A stretch of 64,000 bases of DNA from a virus. Where the stretch lies: positions 1 to 64,000 of IMG/VR virus record IMGVR_UViG_3300025889_000087; one strand, 5' to 3'. Numbering within the stretch: the first letter of the stretch is position 1; each line of letters starts with the position of its first letter. The translations under genes and the position numbers were made by a program. The notes below the pieces were generated by a model. That model was not told the DNA's origin. It did not search any database and worked only from the letters and a program-made list of their open reading frames with translations. This document shows positions 50,591-60,347 of this stretch, piece after piece.

Positions 50591-51000
50591 GCGATTCGGC
50601 ACGAATGACCTGTGGCTGCACCACCGACGAGGTGCCGTGGGAGGACCGCGTTCTCGGTGAAGCCTGCGGCTGCACGTCCTGTGTGTCCTGTGCCCTCATC
50701 GACACGCAGGACCCGAACCCAAGCAATTGGCGTTGTTGCGCGGTCCAGTGCTCAGCAGGTCCGTCCTGCAACGCGGCTCCGCATCGCCGCAAAACCACGG
50801 TTCACGACCGCCGCGGCTATTCCTTTCAGGAGCACCCTCGCCGGGTGCTTTGGTTTTGCACGTCCCGGTGCCTCATGATCTACCTGATAAGAAGAGAATA
50901 CGTTGCCTTTGCGTTCGATCCCCGATGGGGCCATGGTCCAATTGTCGGGTTGTCTTCATATACACTACACGGTGTGGCTGAGCCGGAGGACTCTCAATGA
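50587..51000 (+). CDS. Cys-rich Zn-finger protein
   Basis: Many Cys; FCTSRCL (TRASH/MYM-like). Confidence 0.5.
   Translation: MSDSARMTCGCTTDEVPWEDRVLGEACGCTSCVSCALIDTQDPNPSNWRCCAVQCSAGPSCNAAPHRRKTTVHDRRGYSFQEHPRRVLWFCTSRCLMIYLIRREYVAFAFDPRWGHGPIVGLSSYTLHGVAEPEDSQ
50955..50977 (+). promoter_or_regulatory. Early-promoter motif, copy 4
   Basis: TTCATATACACTACACGGTGTGG. Confidence 0.7.
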
Positions 51001-51512
51001 ACATCTTCGTGCTCGACCAAGACCCGAACGTGGCCGCCTTCGACCACGACGACGTGCGCGTCGTCAAGATGGTGCTTGAGGCAGGACAGATGCTCGCCAC
51101 GAGCCTCCGTGCTCACGGCATGACCGACGAGGACATGCTCGCCGCAGGCATCGTCACCAAGGCAGGAACGCCATGGCGAGCCACGCACAAGCACCACCCC
51201 TGCACCCTTTGGGCCTCGGAGACCCGCGCCAATTTCGTGTGGCTCTCCCACCACGCCACGGCGTTGTGCGCAGCATACACCACACGCTTCGATCGCATCC
51301 ACGCCTCGACTGTCCCAATTTACCACATGACTCAGCACAAATGGCTGATACCTGACGGGCCGCTCACGCCGTTCGCGCTCGCTATGCCGGACGACTTCAA
51401 GAGCGACGACCCGGTGGCTTCCTATCGTGCCTATTACCTGTCGAAGCCCAACGTCCGTTGGTCCCATGTCCCTGTCCCTGATTGGGCACGAACCGTGGAG
51501 GTGAGCGCATGA
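50997..51512 (+). CDS. Pyrimidine-dimer DNA glycosylase / endonuclease V-like protein
   Basis: MNIFVLD, VVKMVLE..QML, THKHHPCTLWA, PFALAMPD and SYRAYY. Confidence 0.75.
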   Translation: MNIFVLDQDPNVAAFDHDDVRVVKMVLEAGQMLATSLRAHGMTDEDMLAAGIVTKAGTPWRATHKHHPCTLWASETRANFVWLSHHATALCAAYTTRFDRIHASTVPIYHMTQHKWLIPDGPLTPFALAMPDDFKSDDPVASYRAYYLSKPNVRWSHVPVPDWARTVEVSA

Positions 51513-52123
51513 GGTTCCGTCGGGAGGACGGCACAATGATCGTGAGGTATGCCTTTGACGAAGGCCACGAGCAATACGTCTATCCCGTCGTCTATGACGG
51601 CGTGTCTGAAGCGATGGATTGGGAATACACACAACGTCTGTTTAATGACGAGAAAACCCTCCCTTATCTCCCCGGAATCAGCAAGCGTTCGCTTGCTCAA
51701 CAGGCGAAGTGGTATCACGAGCAATACGAGAATGGCTTTCATCTTGGACTCGCTCTTCGGATGCGAGGGCACAAGAAAAGGAAGATTGTGGGAATGGAAT
51801 ACCCTACCGACAAGAAGGGAAACAGAACGTCTTGGTCGAAAGTCTTGGTGTATTCGATGACGGTCCGTGAAATGACGCGGAAGGCGGAGCGTTTCGCCAC
51901 CGCCTTCAACCGTCTAAACAAGGTCTTGGTGGCCGAGGTGTATGGCCCGTTGAACGTGACTGAATACCCCGGAGCCCCCGCGGAGAATTGCTACGAGGTG
52001 GGCGTCCAATTCACGACGAAATACAGGCTCGGTCATTTGCAGCCCCGCCCCTCGTTCAAATTGAGCCTGCTTGAAGGGTGCGATTGGTTGGATAATTTCT
52101 ACGGTCGTCGGGAGGTGGTCTAA
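51509..52123 (+). CDS. Hypothetical protein
   Basis: Start MRFRRE after GGAGGTGA. Confidence 0.55.
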   Translation: MRFRREDGTMIVRYAFDEGHEQYVYPVVYDGVSEAMDWEYTQRLFNDEKTLPYLPGISKRSLAQQAKWYHEQYENGFHLGLALRMRGHKKRKIVGMEYPTDKKGNRTSWSKVLVYSMTVREMTRKAERFATAFNRLNKVLVAEVYGPLNVTEYPGAPAENCYEVGVQFTTKYRLGHLQPRPSFKLSLLEGCDWLDNFYGRREVV

Positions 52124-52357
52124 GTGATTGGTGATGAATGGCGGGAGCCTTGGTGGATGAGCGAGGAAGCGTCCGACGCCAACGTCCCCGAGGGCGACAT
52201 GAGGACCGCTGAAGAGAAGGCCGAGGACGACGAGGCCAACGCCGATCCTCACCACTGCTGCGGTGGCTATTCCCAGTGGTGCTCCTGCACCCAACCCAAT
52301 TTCTCCATGAGCGTATCAACGTGGGGCTATTCCTTTTGGCAATTCACGGAGGCTTGA
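52124..52357 (+). CDS. Hypothetical small protein
   Basis: Fills the gap between coupled genes. Confidence 0.4.
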   Translation: MIGDEWREPWWMSEEASDANVPEGDMRTAEEKAEDDEANADPHHCCGGYSQWCSCTQPNFSMSVSTWGYSFWQFTEA

Positions 52358-52359
52358 GC

Positions 52360-53706
52360 ATGAAGGCATACCAATGGCAGAAGGAGGCACTGGAAGCGTG
52401 GAAGGAGAGCAAAGGGCGGATGACCGTTGCTGCCGTGACCGGAGCAGGAAAGACGCACTTCGCTGATATGGTGGTTCAGCACGAATCACGGAGGTTCGGC
52501 AGGAAGGATTACCTGTGCGTCCACGTCGTGGTGCCGACCCGTGCCCTCATGGAGCAGTGGCGGGACGCTATCGACGCCGCGTTTGTCCCTGACGCGAAGC
52601 CGCAAAAGCGCATTGGGCGAACAGGCGGTGGCTCGATCGAGGGGTGGCCGAATTGCGTCGTCTATGAGCGGGTGGTTCAGTGGAACATCGTGAGCCTCAA
52701 CGCCATGCGCGAAGGAAAGCACACATGGGCTCCTTACGACGCCGACAATCTCGTGATTGTGGATGAATGCCACAACCTGCGCGGGGAGAAGAGCAGCCGT
52801 GCCCTCGACAACATCCCCGAGGACGCGAAGGTGCTCGGCCTCTCCGCCACGCCCCATCCCTCTCCTGAAGCGGCACAAATCGTGGAGCGACTGTGTGGCC
52901 CCATCGGCTATCGGTATCGGTATGCTCAGGCCCTTCAAGACGGCGTTATCCCACCGTTCGTGCTGAAAGCCGTGGCCCTGCCGCTGAGCCCGGAGGAACG
53001 GTCCGAGGTGGCCTCCATCACGGACACGCTGAAGTCCGTCATGCGCTCAGCCGACCGGGAATACGGTGCCGAGAGGAACCGCCTGCTCGCTATCGCCAAG
53101 GCATGTGGTCTCAAGAGGAAGCGTGTGCTCAACGCCGCTCGATCTCGCATCCACATGGCCCTTCGTGTCGTGAACCACCATGGGGCCGACGTGCCGACCA
53201 TGCTCTTTCACAACACCACCGAAGCGGTGGACCGGCTCGCTGAATTGTCGCACCATCTCAACCCGGCGGTGTATCATAGCAACCTGAGCGGGGACAGTCC
53301 CTTTGCTGATTTGGAGGATTTCGTGTCAGGCACCACGAACCACCTGTATTCGTGCCTCGCGCTCACTGAGGGGTTCAACGTGCCCCGAGTCAAGGTGGCG
53401 ATTATGATGAGCGGCCCCAACGCGCCGCTGAAGCGTATTCAGACGCTCGGTCGGTGCCTCCGTGGGCGCAGTGATGAGCCAAACATCATCTATTTCTTTT
53501 ACATCAAGGGAACCAAGGACGAGGACGGCCTGCACAACCTGTTGATGGAAGGCGACATCCCTCCCGAAGTCGTTGAGCATTACGCCATGAACGACGAATG
53601 GATGGAGCCAACGGGTCCTCCCGCAGTGGCGAGGAATTGGTGGCAACAATTGTGCGACGACGTGGACAACATGACCGCCGACGACTTCTTCGCAGACTGG
53701 GAATGA
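52360..53706 (+). CDS. SF2 helicase (XPB/Rad25-like)
   Basis: YQWQ (Q motif), AVTGAGKT, DECH, SAT, EGFNVP and QTLGRCLR. Confidence 0.88.
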   Translation: MKAYQWQKEALEAWKESKGRMTVAAVTGAGKTHFADMVVQHESRRFGRKDYLCVHVVVPTRALMEQWRDAIDAAFVPDAKPQKRIGRTGGGSIEGWPNCVVYERVVQWNIVSLNAMREGKHTWAPYDADNLVIVDECHNLRGEKSSRALDNIPEDAKVLGLSATPHPSPEAAQIVERLCGPIGYRYRYAQALQDGVIPPFVLKAVALPLSPEERSEVASITDTLKSVMRSADREYGAERNRLLAIAKACGLKRKRVLNAARSRIHMALRVVNHHGADVPTMLFHNTTEAVDRLAELSHHLNPAVYHSNLSGDSPFADLEDFVSGTTNHLYSCLALTEGFNVPRVKVAIMMSGPNAPLKRIQTLGRCLRGRSDEPNIIYFFYIKGTKDEDGLHNLLMEGDIPPEVVEHYAMNDEWMEPTGPPAVARNWWQQLCDDVDNMTADDFFADWE

Positions 53707-53757
53707 ACGATGCTTCCTTTATCACCCCCACCCCCTTCGGATAGGACAGTGAGCAAT

Positions 53758-54180
53758 ATGGCGAACAGGAAAGCACCAACCAAGATCAACCGGAAGAAAT
53801 TGAAGGCCCTGATGGCTGAGAACGAGTCCATGGGGGCAGGACACATCGCCCGCCTCTATTTGGACTCGCTCGGGAAGAAGGCCGACCGACCGAAGCATCA
53901 GTCGGTCTACAACCTCGTGCGCGAATTGCGCGGTGACGCCTTCAAGAGCCCCGTGAAGCCCACGAAGGACAACCCATACGCCCCGGACGCCAAAACGAAG
54001 GCCATGGAGGATGTGCCGTTCGTGACGGCGCGGGAACTGTTGGCGGCTCGCACGGTCAAGGAGGAAGACCCTTACGCCAACGACCCAATCATCATCAACC
54101 TGCGCTCGCGCATCGCTCATTACGAGCACGTCGTCGCTGACCTGAAGAATGCACTGCGCCTCATCATTAAGCACAAGTGA
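53758..54180 (+). CDS. Hypothetical basic protein
   Basis: Start MANRK. Confidence 0.55.
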   Translation: MANRKAPTKINRKKLKALMAENESMGAGHIARLYLDSLGKKADRPKHQSVYNLVRELRGDAFKSPVKPTKDNPYAPDAKTKAMEDVPFVTARELLAARTVKEEDPYANDPIIINLRSRIAHYEHVVADLKNALRLIIKHK

Positions 54181-54189
54181 GGGAGAATT

Positions 54190-54537
54190 GTGCATCCATT
54201 CCTCGCCCGATACCGGAAGGCGTTCGATGTCGTCATGGGCGCGAGCACACGTCGTGTGCGCGACTGGGAGGACATCATCAAGGAATTGCACGCCGATCGC
54301 GGTGCGCTGCTTGGCTCCGAGCGGTTCTCGGAGATGGGCGGTGTCGAACGTGCCCGCGCCCTTCGTGCGGTGGACGATGAAATCGCCTCGGCCTATGCGA
54401 CCATCGAGGCCATTCTTCAGGACAGGGAGCGGGTGCTCCGTGTCCCACGTCGCTTCCGCCATCGGGCGCGTTCCATCAGAAGGAAAGCGATTCAGGCTGA
54501 GGATGAAGTGACCGGACTCAAGGTTGGTGATGAATGA
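54190..54537 (+). CDS. Hypothetical protein
   Basis: Operon ORF. Confidence 0.5.
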   Translation: MHPFLARYRKAFDVVMGASTRRVRDWEDIIKELHADRGALLGSERFSEMGGVERARALRAVDDEIASAYATIEAILQDRERVLRVPRRFRHRARSIRRKAIQAEDEVTGLKVGDE

Positions 54538-54812
54538 TGCAAGATTGGGGTATTCGATACGAGAGCGACACGAGCGGCTTCATGCTGAGCCTGAGCGGAC
54601 CGCTTGGAGGTGGTTGGCACAGTGCTCTCATGGAGGTGGATGGAGGATTGCTGAGCCCGGAGGTCGAAGCGGTCGCCCGCGAGATTTTGGAGGAACAGGG
54701 ATTCTATCGCCCTCACGACAATTGGACGTGGGAACCCGTGAACACGGTCTACATGAAGAAGTCCACGATTTATCACGAATTGCGCGTTAGGAAGGTGCCG
54801 CAGGATGACTGA
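54534..54812 (+). CDS. Hypothetical protein
   Basis: ATGA coupling. Confidence 0.5.
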   Translation: MMQDWGIRYESDTSGFMLSLSGPLGGGWHSALMEVDGGLLSPEVEAVAREILEEQGFYRPHDNWTWEPVNTVYMKKSTIYHELRVRKVPQDD

Positions 54813-54957
54813 GGATGTCCCCGTCCTGCCGGACATTTGCCCTGATTGCGGGCGTCCCATGGAGGAAGCAGGAATGCGCCTCTCGGTCCTTGACGGAGAG
54901 GAACGCCCGATCCTGCGCTGCCCGCAGTGCCGCCTTTGGCAATTCAAGAAGGTGTGA
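54805..54957 (+). CDS. 50-aa Zn-ribbon protein
   Basis: Manual translation: MTEDVPVLPDICPDCGRPM...LRCPQCRLWQFKKV. Confidence 0.6.
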   Translation: MTEDVPVLPDICPDCGRPMEEAGMRLSVLDGEERPILRCPQCRLWQFKKV

Positions 54958-54959
54958 AC

Positions 54960-55595
54960 ATGCCCCTTCCTCCCCCCGATGAGAGGGACGCTGAATGGGC
55001 GTTCCGTTTGTGGAGCACCCTCGTGGTTCAGGACGAACGACGGAGCGGTGGTGTGTGGGACATGCCGGGTGTCGGTCGCTATCGGCGCATGGCTCCCGAC
55101 CGCCTCACGCTCGTGGAGATTCACGGTGATGCTATGGAACCTGACGCCCTCGGCGTGTCCTTGATGGATAAGCACGATTGGATTAGCCTTCTCGGTGCCT
55201 TCATCGGTTGGACGGTGGACGCCGAGGTGGAGGTAATCAAGGCCATGGAGGACGCCGCCAACGCGGGCGAGCCCGCCTTGGAGCATATCGGGAAGGTCGC
55301 CGTCTGTCCCTCCTGCTCGCTCATTTACACGCTCCATGGACCACAGGCAGGAGAGCGGTTGTTCATCGGTGAAGAAGGTGAATGCCTCAACAGGAATTGC
55401 GAGGAAATCCTGCCCGAGCCCTTCCGCGGTGTCCTTTCCGTCGTGGACGATCGAGCCGCCATCGCTAAGATGGAGGCTGAGGAAATGTTGCGTATTGCGA
55501 TTGATGAGGACGAATACCCTGTCCCCGAAGGGTTCCCCGAACCCGACTTCCCCATCGTTGATGACGAACCGCAGGACGGAACGTCTGAGGAATGA
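54960..55595 (+). CDS. Hypothetical Zn-ribbon protein
   Basis: CPSC...CLNRNC; start MPLPPP. Confidence 0.55.
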   Translation: MPLPPPDERDAEWAFRLWSTLVVQDERRSGGVWDMPGVGRYRRMAPDRLTLVEIHGDAMEPDALGVSLMDKHDWISLLGAFIGWTVDAEVEVIKAMEDAANAGEPALEHIGKVAVCPSCSLIYTLHGPQAGERLFIGEEGECLNRNCEEILPEPFRGVLSVVDDRAAIAKMEAEEMLRIAIDEDEYPVPEGFPEPDFPIVDDEPQDGTSEE

Positions 55596-55600
55596 GCACT

Positions 55601-55623
55601 TTCATATACCCCATCCGGTGTGG
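55601..55623 (+). promoter_or_regulatory. Early-promoter motif, copy 5
   Basis: TTCATATACCCCATCCGGTGTGG; ATG at 55631. Confidence 0.7.
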
Positions 55624-55630
55624 ACGAACC

Positions 55631-56392
55631 ATGTCCAAGAAGGAGTTCGGCGCGTTTGTCGAGAACATGAGCGATGATGAATTGAGAGCCGTCACTGGCG
55701 TGGGTGCCGTCCTGCGCGATTTCGGCACGGCTATGGAGGCCGAGTGGCAAAGCCGCTTCGGTCGCCTGCTCAACGCCGATGAGCGGAAGGAGAACGGCGG
55801 AAAGCCGAACGTGGTTGCGAATCCAGTCGTGGACATCGAGGTCCCCGGCATCATTTCCCTCATGCTCCGCCCCGGAGGGGACAACAACAAGACCCGCGGC
55901 AACGGCTACGCCAACGACGTGGGGCTTTCGGACAAGGTGAAGACGGGGAACGTCCCACCCACCCTGCTCGCTGAGATCCTCGTGGACAAGATGGCGACCA
56001 TGCTCGGCGGCAACATCGCTGCGAAGGCTCTCGTTGAATTGCAGGAGGCGCTGCGAGCCTGCATGAAGGTGGAGGACGGGTCCTTCACCTTCGACAAAAA
56101 GGCAGCCCCTCCCCTCCAACACCCCGTCGAGGTGGCCGAATGGATGGCCGCTCTCAAGACGGAGTTCGTCGGAACGACCGCAGGCGCAACGCACGTCAGC
56201 ATGGAAGTCGTTCCCATCCCAATGTCCACCCGCGAAGAGGCCGTCGGCGTGCCGGAAGGCGGCGAGCACATCCCCGTGCCCGCCCTTGAAGGAGTCTCGG
56301 AGAAGGGCATGACGGGGGGATTGAGTCCCTCAGACGCCGACGAGGGCGGCTCCCCCGTTCACGACGAAGCACAGGGCGTGGTCCTATGGTGA
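55631..56392 (+). CDS. Hypothetical protein
   Basis: Start MSKKEF after the promoter motif. Confidence 0.6.
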   Translation: MSKKEFGAFVENMSDDELRAVTGVGAVLRDFGTAMEAEWQSRFGRLLNADERKENGGKPNVVANPVVDIEVPGIISLMLRPGGDNNKTRGNGYANDVGLSDKVKTGNVPPTLLAEILVDKMATMLGGNIAAKALVELQEALRACMKVEDGSFTFDKKAAPPLQHPVEVAEWMAALKTEFVGTTAGATHVSMEVVPIPMSTREEAVGVPEGGEHIPVPALEGVSEKGMTGGLSPSDADEGGSPVHDEAQGVVLW

Positions 56393-57807
56393 GGCAAATT
56401 GTTCTCGGTGATTGCATCGACCGGCTGATGAACGACGTTGAGGCAGGTTCGGTCGATTTGGTCTATCTCGACCCACCGTTCTTCTCAAACCGCCAATACG
56501 AGGTGATTTGGAAGGATCGCTTTGAGACCGCTTCCTTCCGTGACCGATGGGAGGGGGGCATTGAAACCTATGTGTCGTGGCTCGTGGACCGCCTGCGCGT
56601 GTGCCACCGTGTGCTCAAGGACACGGGCGTTCTCGTGTGTCATCTCGATTGGCACTCATCGCATTACATCAAGGTCGAATTGGACCGCCTGTTCGGCTAT
56701 TCGCACTTCGTGAATGAAATTGTGTGGCGCAGGATTCAGGCCCCGAAGGGCATGAACCCCACGTCCTTCGACGTGGCCGACGACCGCCTTCTCGTTTATC
56801 GCAAAGGAGAGAAATACACCTTCAACGTGCAATACCGCCCGCTCGACAAATACGAGGTGGAGAAGACGTTCCCATCGGTGGACGCAGCAGGCCGTCGCTA
56901 TTCGACACGCCCACTGATTGCGTCGAACACGCAGGGAGGAAAGAGCCCGATGTATGAATACAAGGGATTCACCCCGCCTCGGCGTTGGCTGATGACCGAG
57001 GAAAACCTTCGGGAAATAGATCGGAAAGGCCGCATCCACTGGCCTGATAGGGAGGGCGGACTTCCTCGGCAAATCCAATACGCCGACGAATCCAAAGGTA
57101 AGCGAATCGACACGGTGTGGAATGACATCAAGCCCATTCCCTCTCAATCCAAGGAGCGCATGGGCTATCCGACTCAGAAGCCGCTCGCCCTCTTGGAGCG
57201 CATCATCAAGACGTTCACCACGAACGACTCACTGGTTCTCGACCCGTTCTGTGGTTGCGGGACCACCATTCACGCAGCCCACAGGCTGCACCGTAATTGG
57301 ATTGGTATTGACGTTAGCCCCGTCGCCGTGGACCTGATGCGCCGCCGGTTGGTGGAGCACGAGAACCTGATGGCCGGACGCGACTTCACCATTGAGGGCA
57401 TTCCGACGAGCGAGGACTCGCTGCTTGAGATGAACCCGACTCAGTTCGCAGACTGGTGCTGCCAACGCCTTGGAGGAACGCCGAACCCCGTTCGCGTTGG
57501 GGACATGGGCGTCGATGGATGGGACCGCGACGGCGACCCTATCCAAGTCAAGCAGCACAAGAAGGCCATTGGTCGCAACGTCGTGGACAATTTCAACGCG
57601 GCAATTCGCCGCGAGGGAAAGACGAAGGGCAGCATCGTGGCCCTGTCCTTTGGGAAGGGCGCACGGGGAGAAGCCGCACGTCTGCTTCGTGAGGAAGGGT
57701 TGGAGATCGTGTTGGTCGAGGCAACAGACCTGCTCAGCGAACAGGAGAAGTCCTTCCAAGAGTTTCTCAGCAACCACGACTTCGGTCTCGGACGGTGGGT
57801 ATCGTGA
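56386..57807 (+). CDS. N4/N6 (beta-class) DNA methyltransferase fused to an Mrr-like endonuclease domain
   Basis: LDPPF, YPTQKP and DPFCGCGTT; C-terminal GDMGVDG...IQVKQ. Confidence 0.88.
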   Translation: MVRQIVLGDCIDRLMNDVEAGSVDLVYLDPPFFSNRQYEVIWKDRFETASFRDRWEGGIETYVSWLVDRLRVCHRVLKDTGVLVCHLDWHSSHYIKVELDRLFGYSHFVNEIVWRRIQAPKGMNPTSFDVADDRLLVYRKGEKYTFNVQYRPLDKYEVEKTFPSVDAAGRRYSTRPLIASNTQGGKSPMYEYKGFTPPRRWLMTEENLREIDRKGRIHWPDREGGLPRQIQYADESKGKRIDTVWNDIKPIPSQSKERMGYPTQKPLALLERIIKTFTTNDSLVLDPFCGCGTTIHAAHRLHRNWIGIDVSPVAVDLMRRRLVEHENLMAGRDFTIEGIPTSEDSLLEMNPTQFADWCCQRLGGTPNPVRVGDMGVDGWDRDGDPIQVKQHKKAIGRNVVDNFNAAIRREGKTKGSIVALSFGKGARGEAARLLREEGLEIVLVEATDLLSEQEKSFQEFLSNHDFGLGRWVS

Positions 57808-58085
57808 GCGACGGAGGACGTTTCAATCAGCGCGTTGAGTGCCGAATTGATGCCTCCTTCACACCGGGAGAGGAAGTCCACCTGCTGACGCAGGACGCCC
57901 ATGGCTCCCGCATCCTCAACGTGCGCGTCTATCGTGTCGCGCCTTCTGCACAAGGGCACGTCGGCTACACGAGGAAGGGCTTCTATCTCACCAAGGACGA
58001 GGCAATCGCACTGCGTGATGCGTTGAACGATCTGATTGCCGACGAAGCCTTTGAGCCGTTCAGCATGAATGAGGTGAAGGAATGA
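57804..58085 (+). CDS. PC4-like ssDNA-binding/transcription coactivator
   Basis: ILNVRVY...TRKGFYLT.DE...LRDAL. Confidence 0.65.
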   Translation: MSDGGRFNQRVECRIDASFTPGEEVHLLTQDAHGSRILNVRVYRVAPSAQGHVGYTRKGFYLTKDEAIALRDALNDLIADEAFEPFSMNEVKE

Positions 58086-58465
58086 CGGATGAGGAATTGG
58101 TGTGGGTCCACCCGCAGACTGGTGAAGAATACCGCGAGGGTGATGTCGTCCCATGGGTGGACTTGAATGGGCTCCGGTCATTCAACGAAACAATTGTCAA
58201 GGTCAATGACCCCGGCTTTGCGGGCATCGCAGTGGTTCGTGATGGACCACACCAAATACCAATGCCCGGTGATGCGGTGGACGACCCCGAAGCCATTGTT
58301 GGATGGATTGTCGATCCGCGAGCGGCGGAGGAAGGCGTATGTGCCATCGGCCCCGCTTCACAGGTGTGGCGTTGGGACTATGCTCGGCGTGAAGCAGCAA
58401 AGGCCATGTCAGTGCGTTTGGGTTCCATGGTGATGGACGACGACGACCCGGAGGATTGGTGCTGA
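58082..58465 (+). CDS. Hypothetical protein
   Basis: Coupled ORF. Confidence 0.55.
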   Translation: MTDEELVWVHPQTGEEYREGDVVPWVDLNGLRSFNETIVKVNDPGFAGIAVVRDGPHQIPMPGDAVDDPEAIVGWIVDPRAAEEGVCAIGPASQVWRWDYARREAAKAMSVRLGSMVMDDDDPEDWC

Positions 58466-58905
58466 TGGACCTTCAATTCCGAGCGGGGACCCCCGAATGG
58501 CGCGAGTTTTACTTTCTCCTTTGTGATGAATTGTTAGACGATCTCAACCTATCCGAAGCCATTGGTGATTATGCGAAGGACTTGTGGAGCGCGACTGTGC
58601 TCAAGGTCCCTCGCGCACCCCTCCCTCTCGTGGTTGATTGCGTGTATATTACCGCCAAGATGACCGGCAACCGGCGCAGCATTCGCGTCATCAAGAAAGC
58701 CACGGTGCGATTGTGGGGTCGTAAAATTGACATCTTGCCTCTCGACAAGCGACGTGAGGAAAAACGGCGTTGGGTATGGGACAAGGAGCAAACCATCCGA
58801 AGCGTTCTCGCGCTTGATGATGAATTGTGGGACGACTTCGTAAGCGAATGGGCTCCAAACGGAGAGGAAAAAATCGTCGCTGACTCCTATTGGGAGGAAG
58901 AATGA
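58465..58905 (+). CDS. TFB/TFIIB-like single cyclin-fold protein
   Basis: LNLSEAI.DYAKDLW...RAPLPLVVDCVYITAK...RSIRVI resembles a TFIIB cyclin repeat. Confidence 0.55.
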   Translation: MDLQFRAGTPEWREFYFLLCDELLDDLNLSEAIGDYAKDLWSATVLKVPRAPLPLVVDCVYITAKMTGNRRSIRVIKKATVRLWGRKIDILPLDKRREEKRRWVWDKEQTIRSVLALDDELWDDFVSEWAPNGEEKIVADSYWEEE

Positions 58906-60347
58906 TGCTCAGCGACGGGCCCTCATTTGCGACTGTGGCTGCCTCCTGTCGGCAGGCATACACTGGTGCAGTGCGGCCCGTCATCGTCCTTGAGCGAATC
59001 TTCAAACACGCACCAAAGCACCACCCCATGCTCGTCCAATTCCTTTACGAAGACGGGCGGGTGGAGCAGCGACTCGGGGACGAGGACCTGCGCGAAATCT
59101 ATTTGCATTTGACGGATGCTTACCCCGAGGAAGTGGTCGAGCAACCCGATCTCATTCAGGTCCTCGCAGACCTATCCCCGACGGAGCAAACCACGGTGGC
59201 CCTCGGCTTCATCATGGCCTCTATGCGGAGCCTCTATGCGGCAGACAACAACCGAACGCGGGCTATTGTCATTGATTCGCTCCTTCGTCGCATTTGCACA
59301 CGGGACGCATATTGGCTCATCATCCGTCTCACGCGAAGGAGGAATCCGTTCAACCGGAGCCATTTCGTTCGTGCTCTCGCAAATCATCACGAAATACCCA
59401 TAGGCCGCGTCCGTCGTGAGGCCATGTTCACGCGGTTGGATAGGGTGGCTGAGATGTTGAGCACTGGGGCTGAGATGGTAGGTGTGCCGTCCATCGGTTC
59501 TCCGCTCATCATACCCATGCCGAGGAAAACAACCGACCTTGGAGCGCAGGCATTCAGTGCAGACGTTGAGGTGTTGCGTGGCGAACGACTGACGGTTCAC
59601 AAGACGAAAAACCTGACGACGATTATGGACGTGAACGGCGTTGAAGTCGGGGGCATAGACGGCTCCGAGGCATTGTTCCCACTGCTCCCCGATGGAGGGA
59701 TCTATCTCATCGAACGGGTGCCGCAGGATGACTTTCCCTTGTCTATCGTGGACGTTCTTCGATCCGTGGACGGTGTGCATGAGCAGGACTTTGTGGCTCG
59801 TCGGACGTGGCTATTCGACAAGTTCCCCCATTCACTGGTGAAGGACATGGTGTATATCGAGAACGAGAATCAAGCGAGGGCAGCCGTTCCTGCGCAGGCC
59901 GTCGCCTTTCTCCACTTTCACAACGGCCACCTTGGCTACGCAAGCGGGGCCGATGAAGTCGTGCGCTTCACCACAAAAAGCGAGGGTTTGGTGTTCAGGG
60001 TCATTTGCGGCATTTGGACCGAGGACCCCGCTCGTGGCCTGAGCCTCAGCCGATGGCGTATTGCTGCGCGTGATGGTCCCGATGGCTATTACGAGGTGGG
60101 AGATCTTGAGGCCGAGCCTGAAACGGAGAGGCGGCTCGCTCGCATGGTGGTTGATGGGAAAGCCACTGTCGGTGAGCAGGTCGTGATGAAAGGCCCGACC
60201 TTCGTTGATGTGGAGGTTGTTCACGCTGACTTTGACGAGCGGGGACTCGTGGTGTTCGGGACGATTCAGAACATTGTTCCCAACGCAGGCATCAGCGACG
60301 TAGCGGGTGTCGAGGAAGTTGAATGGCTCTCGGGGGTGACGGTATAA
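58902..60347 (+). CDS. Degenerate ATP-dependent DNA ligase-like protein
   Basis: Ligase-like layout (helical N-domain with DAYWLIIRL, then a motif I-like EVLRGERLTVHK lacking the Lys, then an OB-like YYEVG...P..VDVEV). Confidence 0.5.
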   Translation: MMLSDGPSFATVAASCRQAYTGAVRPVIVLERIFKHAPKHHPMLVQFLYEDGRVEQRLGDEDLREIYLHLTDAYPEEVVEQPDLIQVLADLSPTEQTTVALGFIMASMRSLYAADNNRTRAIVIDSLLRRICTRDAYWLIIRLTRRRNPFNRSHFVRALANHHEIPIGRVRREAMFTRLDRVAEMLSTGAEMVGVPSIGSPLIIPMPRKTTDLGAQAFSADVEVLRGERLTVHKTKNLTTIMDVNGVEVGGIDGSEALFPLLPDGGIYLIERVPQDDFPLSIVDVLRSVDGVHEQDFVARRTWLFDKFPHSLVKDMVYIENENQARAAVPAQAVAFLHFHNGHLGYASGADEVVRFTTKSEGLVFRVICGIWTEDPARGLSLSRWRIAARDGPDGYYEVGDLEAEPETERRLARMVVDGKATVGEQVVMKGPTFVDVEVVHADFDERGLVVFGTIQNIVPNAGISDVAGVEEVEWLSGVTV

